DNA from: Takakia lepidozioides
Taxonomy: Eukaryota; Plantae; Bryophyta
Length of the DNA: 64,000 bases
Assembly: GCA_030704615.1 (NCBI GenBank)
Contig: CM060733.1
Span: 38,812,001-38,876,000, forward strand
Direction: 5' to 3'
The translations under genes and the position numbers were made by a program. Every line of letters begins with the position of its first letter. Within the stretch, counting starts at the first letter, position 1. The notes under the pieces were generated by a model. It saw only the letters and a list, made by a program, of their open reading frames with translations. It was not told where the DNA came from and ran no database searches. Positions 36,779-46,913 of this stretch are shown here, piece after piece.

Positions 36779-38386
36779 GAACTTCGCGCGATCGCGCGTG
36801 TATCCTACAGTAGAGATTCTGGTGATTAATGATTCGGCACTATATCGATGGATACTAAGAAAGAGTGAAACAATAAGTTACTGAAGTTTGTTTAGAAAAA
36901 CTGAGGATGAAGATGAAAAAGAACCTCGCGCGATCGCCCACGTTTAGGGTTATAATGATTTGGAAATTGAAAATAGAACTCGGACTCTCGGATTATGTAC
37001 TAGAATGTAGAACGTAGGTCTCTATTGGTCGAACAGAAATTTGTAGAAAATTAAAAGATCTGCTAAAGCTACGACCCGAATGCACAACATTGTCTGCGAC
37101 TCCATAACAGAAATAGAAGCACATCGACGGGCGTTCGCGCGTGGTTTAGATGGATGAAATGAAGGATGGATGAATAATGGTAGACGAATTTCGGATGACA
37201 AGTAAGAAAATGGATAAATAAATGAAAACATGGATGAACGAAACAGCTGAGTGATCATTCGAAGTACATAAAATGGTCGGTGTGTATGTAAGATCTTTGC
37301 AGACAGTGGATGGGAATAGAGGAGCAGAGACACAAAAGAGAAACCCAGATGAAGTGGAGAGGCTCTCAATATTGACAGGAGTTCAAAGGGAAGAATGAAC
37401 GTAAAACAGACAGTCTTGAAGATCATCAGCAAGCCAGAGCAACTGAGAGGGAAAAATGGCATGCATGCACAGGGCAGACTCTTATACGGATTGTCAAACA
37501 GTATGAGGTCGACGTGTTCACATCACAAAGGTGCGTTTGGAGTGTCATGGATCGACAAATTGTCGCCTTGGATATGCTCTTTCGTGTAATCTAGTGGCTA
37601 TTATGTGTCCTCCAGAGCATAAATTCAAGTAGGAGTCTGAAATCCTCCAAACATTAATGGGTCCATAAGTTATTGCGGCCAATGCGAATAACTAACTGAT
37701 TCGAGATCTGGAATCTGACATCCAAAGCACCAGAGAAGTAGCAAATCCAATGTTGAATTAATGATACAAGATAAGGAATAGTCAGCGACGAAAGTGGCTG
37801 TCTCTTGAGGCCATTGTGATGAGCCGACGGCCATCTATGGCAAGGTGACATTAAGTAGCCGCAATGAACGTGGGGCCGTAGATGAGGTGTAGGTAGAGAA
37901 AACATGAGACCGATCAAATTCCAGATGCACGTCCCGACACCTCATTATTGAACCTATGAATAACATTTTTATCATTGGATGAAATAAGAGCCTTCGCGGA
38001 TGAAACAGACGTATACTAGATGAGATGACTGCCCTAGTGGATGATTCAACTCCCCTCGTGGATGAGCGCCGTCACGGGAACCCGCAATAATTCCAGGGTG
38101 TTCACTTTATGAAGGCGTCGGATTGCCGCGCCGTAACGCTCCATTCCATTTATTCCATATTGCAGTCACAATTGAATGTCCCCTATTTCAGCTTAATTGT
38201 AAGTTAGTTTATTTCAATTCCATTTCTTCCAAGTGGGATTCCCATTTGTATATTGGCTTGATATCCGTAACATTATGATTTGTTTCAAACTTCGGCCTTT
38301 CCTCTCAATCCTGAAATAATGCCATGAGATATCTAATCCAGATAACATAATGTTGTGTTTCATGTTCAGTGGTCAGTCAAACATAC

Positions 38387-38613
38387 CGGCGGATTGCCTG
38401 GTTGACGTATGCAAGGAGATACGTGGGGAGTTCAATCGCCAAACTTCAGCATAGACCGCGTAGCTTTGTATACACTTAACCAGGCGATCTCCGAGTGGGG
38501 AATAAATCCTGTGGGTGTACCTCCTGACCACCAACTGTAGTGATTGGTTTACACTACCCGGTCAAGGGCAGAAAAGGCTAAGTGCGCGGCACTTAGCAAA
38601 TCCACCATTTAGC
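38387..38613 (+). ncRNA. Candidate structured ncRNA (long pre-miRNA-like hairpin plus two stem-loops), family not recognised
   Basis: 38387-38493 folds into a ~40-bp interrupted stem with several G-U pairs on the plus strand; further stems at 38523-38567 and 38577-38597. Confidence 0.4.
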
Positions 38614-39427
38614 TTCAAAATTGTTGTGCGGAGTTATTTCGAGCATCATTTGCAAATGGATGGTAAAACCTGCACTCCTCCTACCCAGTCAATGCAATTG
38701 GGCACAAAACTCCTATGTCGGCACCTCGCATCCTCCCATTTATTAGGAATTGAGCAGCCAAACCTTAGATGGGGATTTCAGTGAGGACAAATAGAAGTAG
38801 AAGAAGCTTGTTATCTTATGAACGGCTTGGGTGCCCAATGCCCAAAAACAAACAATAACATTGGTGACATTGCTTGACATCACACAGGTATTGATCATTG
38901 CTTGCAAACTCAATCACTTGAGCCAGAGGTCGTTTAGTAGAAGTCAGCATTGGCTTTGGTCAATAGTCAGACTACAAGTAGCTTTGAGGTAATGGTAGTG
39001 GTGATTTGTGTCTGTCGTTGCACATGCCAGGATCTCGTATTCTTTGGGACCAGGTAGCTGCTTGGTTTGACTAACAGCATTCGTAGCAAAAGTGGTAGTG
39101 ATCATCACAATTGCAGGAAGGTTTCCACCTATGATAACCATTTGTCCAAATGCCATTACCGAATTGCCAAGGTCCCAAGCAGCCTGGGAAACAAGAAGGA
39201 TTTGCTTCATGGTCCCTTATGAGGTTTCATAAGATCGGACAGTGAGTTAAATACGCATTTGGACCGCACAACCCTATATAGACCAGCTAGCTTCTGTGAT
39301 GCAACATCTCAAAAGAGTCCCGCTCTGTCCCGTAGGCCGTTGGGCCTCACCTGAACTAAGAGAAATATGTCCAGCAATAACAATTCCACTGCTGCCCATG
39401 GTGCTGAGTCTGCAACATCTTGGGTGG

Positions 39428-42400
39428 CTAGCCATTTGTGGACTTGTAGTGGTCATCATCGATTGTAGAGTATATGAAACCCTCATTCACCAAGAACTCA
39501 ATAGCCTCCCTGGCCACACCCACCCATTCGCAGTGACGAGGGTTCAGTCAAATTTGGATCAGACAGACTGTCATGCCATTTTATCTGCTCCAGGATGATA
39601 TCAGCCACACAAAAGAGTGTAAGATGTACCTGACATGCTGCCTGGAATAGCCTGCCATTTTCTGTACAACCTGATCAACATGAAGTCCCTGCTCAATTTG
39701 TCTGCAATGTACAATGCCATACGAAACGGTTAGGATCATTGACATCAAAACAGATTCTGTGATCAATGCGTACGTTTGCTTTCTGTGGATGCACTGGAAG
39801 GACTTCAGTAACAGGATTTGTCTAATGGCTACACAGCCCATCAAGCTAGCAACCTAAAAATTACCTCACACTCTGATGAAACCAGTAGTCTTTTGCAAAA
39901 TATGTAACAAGAAATACACGACCGTCAACTCAATTCAAACCTGCCACACTGCACAAACAATGCCAACCACCGCAATACTTGCTGGGTGCCATCGATCCTC
40001 TACCTTGGGTGTCCTGAATAAAGGGAAAGGAACATACAGGCTGGCAGGTTCCTCGAAGATTGCATGCACCCGTTTTTGACACTCATCAACACCCCCATTC
40101 ACTGCTGAACCAACAGGAGGCATGTACTGCACCCAATCACCCATGGTGTTGCATGTTGGAAAACTCCCCATGTGCCATGCAAGTTTGGTAATAGCATATT
40201 GGTCCATGTACGTAGTATAAAAGTAACCAAAGAGTTGCATGGGAGTTACAGTGGGGAAAAAGAACTAACCCTATTAAGTACATATGCCTGCAGAGCTGGA
40301 TCAGCATAAATGATAGAAGTGAAATGATGCTGATGCAGAAGTACACATGAAGATCTGAGTATGTGTACTTCAAGTATGACTGGCACCTGATGGTACTGGC
40401 TGTTGGGATTGAAAGCAGTTGTGGTAGTTCCATTTGGCATTCCGTACGGCATCATGCTTGCAGGTGTAGGAGCTGATACTTTGGCTGCCTGCTTAATCAT
40501 GCCGCTCCATATGGAACGAGAAATAAGGAGATGCAAACCCCACGTAAGGAAAGACAGGAATGAAGGAATAGGTCAGGATGGGTTACCTGAGATCGTAAAT
40601 TAGAGAGATGCACATATATAACTTCCAAGAAATGGAAGGTAACCTCGTTAAAATCTCTGATAGGCCTGCATCCAGAGTGACAGATCAACTAATCTTCTTT
40701 GTGCAGGTGGAAAAGCTCAGATACCTACGGAGATGTTAAAATGCCATACTACCCACTACATGAAACAATTATGGGTTCCACCCACCTTACAGAAAACGCA
40801 ACAATATTGAGTTTCCCTTGGAAGGAACGAAGGTGACCATGCACACGAACATATGTCAGGTTCCTGTAGCCACAATCAAGAACAAATTTCAGTACATAAA
40901 CAATGGAGAAGAAATAGAATTTTCTTCATAGAAGGAAATTCTACGCCAAAAGACACTCAGATTGAGCTTATAGGCTAGAATAGACTGAAGACTATAAACA
41001 GAATGTCAGACATTTGCTCTTTGCCAGGACATTACCCCAAATTCCTTCACCAGACGCTTATCTCCATTATCAGTGTTCCATCATTTCTCCCTTCATGATT
41101 TCAAGAAAAACCACTGAGAAAGCCTGCATCAAACCAGACTACAACCCCTTCAATCATCAATTAGTGTTGACTTTGGTTACCCGAAAATGAGCTACTTGAG
41201 ATGTAAGAAAAAGAAGATATTCTTACTGGACACTTCGCATTTCCACACTTTCATATGACTCCTGGCCATCAATCCTGCACCAAACCACCAATCCATAAAC
41301 TATCTACACATGTTCAGGAAATCAGATAAAAAGCCAAAGGCTGAGCATACAGCTTTCCTTGGTCAAACACAGTTTCTGCCTCCAAGCATGCTTCCAAACA
41401 CAGATAGAAGAGTGCTAAATAGCTAGTAATTTGGTGGAAATTCAACACTGAAAGAGAGGATGCAAGCCAAAGATACACAGTGAGACAAAAAAACACTCAC
41501 CAGCGCTTCACCTCAATCAAGCCAGTGGTGTCATCCAGCAGGAAAGAAACATCTGTAGACCTTTCTTCCTTTTTGTGCACCATCCCTATAAGGGTCACCT
41601 GCACATAAGGTTCCCCCCCAGTAAGTGAAAAAACTCGCAATACTGACAGAAAACACTTGTAACAGCTACCTTGGTTGATGCAATAATCATGTGGCAGTAG
41701 AAAGATTCCACCTGAAGCATGGCCAGGTTACATTGGTGGGTTTCTACTTGCTCAAGAAAAGTCCCTTTGATATCAGATCAAGTGTTAACATTATCAACCA
41801 CACTAACTACTGTGAATATCCTGTCTCTTCAGAGATGCAATTGAAATTTCGAAGAAAGTGAGCTTGAGATAGAACATTCGAACGGACAAGTCAATTAGAA
41901 CAGTCCAACAGGAAGACATTCTAGAACCTCGAGCATAAGTAGGAAGAGGGCAGGAAAAGTAAAGAGTTGCAAGGAAGGCCATAATATGGCTCACAGTAGG
42001 AAAGCCAATTTACTGGGGTTGTTTCCATTAAAGAAAAGGGGAGGGGACAGGGAGCTGAAGAGTACGTACATTGTTGACATCTACACCATCGACATAAAAA
42101 TTGTCATCCGAAGGCTTCTGGATGGCTTGACTGATCATCTTCACCGTTAAAGGAACTAGCCCACTATTCTGAGGGCCACCTCTCTGTTCATGCAAGGTTC
42201 AACTCTCAGATCCAGCACCCTTGCACTTCTCCTCAGTCTCAATTTGTGACAACAATTGTATACAGGAAACATTAGTTAGGGTTTGAATTTGAGCCACACT
42301 AGAGTGAATGCCTCCAACTGCGGCGCGAAGATTCTAGGATCACTAACCAAAAGTGATTCAGTCCTTTTAAGTGCATTCGCGACTTACTTTTCTTAGCTGA

Positions 42401-42941
42401 GTTTCATGAACAGATCCCACTGCGGGGATGCGGGTCACTCTTCATGGTGGAAAGTGAAGGTCTTGCATTGTGAAAATTTTGATGAAATCCCTTCCAAGCA
42501 TAAAAGATGGACACCGCAACACAGCCCCCCTAATTTACTGTAATTTACAGCTGAGAGATGCCGACAAATCGGCCCAATATGTCTCCAATTAAGAATCATG
42601 AGCTTACAGCCTGTTGCATGCTGACAGAGAGGCTCATCATCAGGCTTCTCACCTAAAGCCTCATTAGATGAAGAAATAATACCTCCCCACAAACGCGTGT
42701 GCTTTGAGTCATGTAGAGAATGTACTCATACGAATTTTTTTTACAGAGACAGAGAGAGGGATAGGCGCCCAAACAGATCATTAAAAAAGAAGTGATAACA
42801 ACAAGCAACCGTTTTATAGGGAGGGAGAAATACCCGGGCACCAGCAGAGGACAAGTCATTGGGGAAAGCACCAGACTGCGATGGCATGAAACCTCCCCCT
42901 GCAAAAGCGGACCCATCTCCTAACCCGCTGTCTGAGTACAT
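39428..42941 (-). CDS. RPA2: Replication protein A 32 kDa subunit. Exons 42941-42834, 42183-42070, 41598-41501, 41274-41227, 40863-40786, 40665-40587, 40488-40387, 40126-40038, 39701-39630, 39509-39428 (870 nt, 289 aa)
   Basis: [69 protein letters not shown], winged helix [16 protein letters not shown]. All junctions GT-AG with consistent phases. Confidence 0.96.
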
Positions 42942-43417
42942 GCCTGAAGCTCCGCCTTTGTATCACGGCTGCAATTCTGTCTGGGCCCTCTGCCTCAGTC
43001 AACCCTGCAGAAAGCAAAGGGAGAAGGTGTTCTTGTTCACTGCCAGTTATTGCGACCATCGGTCGGTGGTGCGTCCACTAACGGAGGGTGCGTTTCACAT
43101 TACCTATCAACAAATTGAAGATTTCCCGTTTGCTAACGCATTCATGAGGAGGCTCCACTGCGCATTAGCTTAACGTGAAATTGTGTGGATATTGTTATCG
43201 ATGTTTTGAGTAAGCGCAACAGTGCCGACAATCTGCTTGTCACTTGACACAGCAAAGGAGAGAGAGATGATCTACCAACGGAACGATGCTGAGCAAATGA
43301 GGTCTGAGCGGGGAGAGAGAGAAAGAACAATTCGAGAATAAGAAGAACCGGATTATTACGTTCACATGAGGCCCAAAGAACCGTAGTACAAGGACTGGGT
43401 GCATTAAGTTAAGCTTG

Positions 43418-43425
43418 ATTGGCGG
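43418..43425. promoter_or_regulatory. Putative E2F site upstream of RPA2, with nearby site II TGGGCC (~43370)
   Basis: ATTGGCGG fits WTTSSCSS; consistent with a replication gene, but the motif is short. Confidence 0.4.
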
Positions 43426-44320
43426 GTAGTCACTAGAAGTGATCCAGATATGCAACACTCTGCTAATGTATTTCCTATTTGCAGGTAGTTATGTCATGCA
43501 TCAAGCACATTTCCTGACAGGATTACATAGTTCTTACACAGGTGCTGATTTCCAAGAAATTGATGTTTGTCATGCACCAATATAGCTTCAATTTCTTGAA
43601 ATAATGAGCAAACGACATAGAACAGTGCGAGAAGTAGTTCCCTTCCCTTTAAGACACTCTTTGTTGTTCATGGGTGCCCACTTGGAAGACATCTTCGAGA
43701 CATCTTCACGTAACATCAGCTAAGCAGTTTCCTTACACTAGAATCTACCATCTGATTTCAAGCAAATTATAATTAAGAATTGATGTAAGGAGTGCAATCA
43801 TGCGGCCTTGAATTCTTTCAGCATTGGGAAATGGATATTGATCACAGCGATAAATCTCTAGAGCTAGATACAACAATACCATATGTACATGTCACTTCTG
43901 CCAGAGATACATTGTTTTATTATCACTAAAGAGACCAGTACCTCACATAGAAGCGGAATTGTATTACATGCTCTTGCGATCTACCTTAGTCAGATTTTGT
44001 CAACTCTTTGGCTGATATGGCTACCACTGGCTTCTTGAAAAAAAAAGCTTGGACTTCTCCTTTTATTGGAAAAAAGGTAACAGATAGAAGCCCTGAGCTC
44101 TATTCTAACGATGCCTGGTAACAGATTCCGTCCTCGGTACACACAGCCAGTATTTATTCCGAAAGAGAAACCCTGCTGCGATATGCATAAATGTCTGCGC
44201 AGAAGCTATAACATTGAAAACTACCTCGGGCCCAAGAAATCAAATTCTAAAAAGTAGAGTGCACCCTGACTCGCCTCTTTACAATAGCGCACCCTGCTAG
44301 GTTTCAAACAGAGTCAGTAC

Positions 44321-44869
44321 CTAAAACCAATAGAAATAAGCGACCCATTTATTTACAGTAAACCCCGGCCCAAATCTGGCTCCGCCGGTGGTGGTAACAT
44401 ATCCCCTCACCAGCTTGAAGTAGCCGGTGCCACCAGTGATGGCAAGATCATTAGATACTTTACTGACATTAACAAGGCCCTGGATGCTGAAGCTTCCTTG
44501 GAAAGGTTGGAAGATTGTATTAGTGAAGGACAAAAAGACATGGATGCTGTTGTCGGGGTGGAAGTGATAAGCTGTAGGTCCAATACTTTGACCATAGTAT
44601 GTCGAATCCGGTTCTGCAGTCTCTGTCATTCTCTCGTCCTGAATTTCGACCGCACCAATGGTGGAGTTTGTAAGCGGCGCAATGGTGTCATTCAATGTTC
44701 CTGTGCCGAATGATTCGTACTGATACCAGGTAAAATTAAACGGTAGAGGCGGTTCATGAATCCTCCTGTTATCAAACTCAAACTCAGACTCGGACATAAC
44801 ATGCACGGTCGCGGCAGCTAGCATCACCATGAGCACCATTGCCACATTGAGCGACCCCACGGTGGCCAT
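44321..44869 (-). CDS. Dirigent-family secreted protein (182 aa, single exon)
   Basis: Hydrophobic signal peptide, N-glycosylation sequons, GAVEIQDERMTE, GQSIG, GSFSIQG, LAITGGTGYFKLVRGYV. Confidence 0.9.
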   Translation of the reverse strand: MATVGSLNVAMVLMVMLAAATVHVMSESEFEFDNRRIHEPPLPFNFTWYQYESFGTGTLNDTIAPLTNSTIGAVEIQDERMTETAEPDSTYYGQSIGPTAYHFHPDNSIHVFLSFTNTIFQPFQGSFSIQGLVNVSKVSNDLAITGGTGYFKLVRGYVTTTGGARFGPGFTVNKWVAYFYWF

Positions 44870-45554
44870 TGCTCCAAAGCTGCTGCAGTCCTTTGTCACT
44901 AGTCCTCGTTGCTCCGCTCGAGAGCTCGCTGTGAACGAGCGACAGCTTCTCTCTCCTTTAAACTTGGCAGGCCCTGTTTCCGAGCCTGTTTCCGAGCCTG
45001 TACCACGAACGTAACAAAAAGCTCACGACTGAATTTTCGCCTGAGATCCACAAACGCTACTTTTACTCTCCCTGACGCTCGTGCCACGTGTGGACATGAA
45101 AAGTCATCGGAGTATAACCAGTAGATATCAATGCTCGAGATGTAGTTCGGCAACCACCTATTTTTTTATTAATTTTATTTTAAATTTAAATTTAAACATA
45201 CACCAACTGGTTTTGGTGTGTACGTGTGAGTACCTATGGAAACATCCATATAGCCATCATAAGCCTGAAACTTACCTCCCTGAAGGTAGTTCATTTCAAT
45301 TTTTCAGCTGTCTGCAGGAAGATAGGTGAGTTTTTTTTTTTGAGTTGACTAATATCCAGAAAGCATAAATTAGGCTGCCCCACAATTGAATAGTTTATTT
45401 TCTGGGTACAACAAATAGTTTCAGTGAACAACCAAATTGTTAAAGTTAACTTTCAGGGGTGCAATCCCCCTGTTCATTAAACTTTAAAAAAAAAAACAAA
45501 TTGTTGTAAAATGCACGAAGGTGTCCACCAGGTTGGGCGCTTAACCGCCTGCTC

Positions 45555-45705
45555 CCCGGTTCGGTTATGACGAACCACAACGGAACCGGCACCGGAAAAT
45601 CGTAGGGATGAGGAAAGAACCGGAGCCGGCAGGTTCGTGTTCGGGTTCATACGTGTGAGAGTATATTCGGGGTTTTGGACGTTCCCGGTACCGGTTAGTG
45701 GCTGC
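45555..45705. mobile_element. GAACCG-rich hAT-like subterminal remnant (partner cluster 47155-47290)
   Basis: Repeated GAACCGG/CCGGTTC motifs; no TIR confirmed. Confidence 0.35.
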
Positions 45706-46739
45706 GCCTGTGGTGTATATTGGTGGGCCCCTAACCTGGCGTAACTCATATGCGCATGGCAAAACTTCTCTTACAGCATCCCCACTCTACGCCTCTATGG
45801 ACCCCTGCACCCGTACTTCTGGTATACAGGTTCAAAATCGCCGCCAAACGTACCACACCCTTGCCCAGTATACGCCGTTCAGGGCGGGCACTGAACCGCC
45901 TCTCTTTCACTAAATCCGTGCACAATATTCAGTCCCTGAACTCGTCCGTCCCTGAACCCAGTCGTCCCGACGTCCCGACCATGGACATGTCAGAGCGTGC
46001 TTCCCAAGCTCTCGCTTCCCTTCCAGCCGAAGACAAGAGCTGCGACACAGGGATGAGGAAGGCAAGCAGTAGGTGGGGAACATGATAAAGAGCGTTGAGA
46101 ACGTCATTGGGACCTCTGGGAACATAGGATAAGGGGCGTAACCAGGGGCAAGGGTGTGGCTACGAGCAGCCGACCCCTTCACACACCTTTCCAGAGTCCT
46201 GAACCAACCCCTCCAAAATAGGCATAGAGGGGCCATTTCAGTGAGAAGGGTGGGGATGCTCTTGCATATGTCCTATCCTGGCATAACTCACTGGCGTACA
46301 TGGCAAAACCTCTCTTACATAAGTCCTTTTACATCTGATCCTGCGTGAGATCCTGGGTTCGAATATCACCACATGAATTCGTTAATCTTACAGTTCTTAA
46401 AGATAAGAAGTTATTTATAGTCTTTGTCTCTTTTCTTTCGAATGGAAACACCTTCCCTTTTAAAAAAAAAAAAAACACCCGGAACGAGTGGCAGTGTGGC
46501 CGCTCAAGTTACACAATTTTATTTTAGATTATTTAACAATTTGTCTTTAGTATACATGTGTACTTAATGAAAACCATGTTTTAGTTGAAATATTTGCATA
46601 CTCAATTTGCTGCCTAACCAAATGTGAGGGAGTTTGGTCCAGTAGTTTTTTTTTCTGTTGCAAAATTGCCAGATTTCTACCTGGAAAAAGGGTCACTGGC
46701 TACTTGTACAAAGGAATTATGGGGGGGTAACTTAAGAAT

Positions 46740-46913
46740 TACCGTTTCTTTAACGTCCAGTGAATTTACAGAGCCTACTGCTCAACACACAGGCCATCGA
46801 GGGCCCAATGGACGGTCTGAAGGCACATGTTGAAGGATTGAACCCAGGATCACCTAGGTTATGCACAGGCAAGGCACAAACACCCAACCAACTGGGCTAC
46901 CTGCTCAAGTGCA
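46740..46913 (-). mobile_element. tRNA-derived SINE with 12-bp TSD
   Basis: Minus-strand A box TAGCCCAGTTGG and B box GGTTCAATCC; direct repeat TAACTTAAGAAT at 46728-46739 and 46914-46925. Confidence 0.85.

Larger units (their letters stand above)
31011..38100 (-). mobile_element. DNA transposon with Sola1/DUF7869-like DDD transposase; boundaries approximate
   Basis: Begins where the PPR frame is cut. Carries the transposase and repeat-rich flanks with GGATGA(A) clusters. TIR and TSD not found. Confidence 0.65.

Noticed and set aside
38395-38415. TGCCTGG...GTATGC similarity of the hairpin arm to miR160
   Set aside because: The central bases and length differ (TTGAC versus CTCCCT), too divergent to call miR160.
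41745-41790. AGAAAAGTCCCTTTGA, resembling part of the plant TPP riboswitch
   Set aside because: It lacks the CTGAGA, ACCTGA and P1/P5 elements and is antisense within an RPA2 intron; probably chance.
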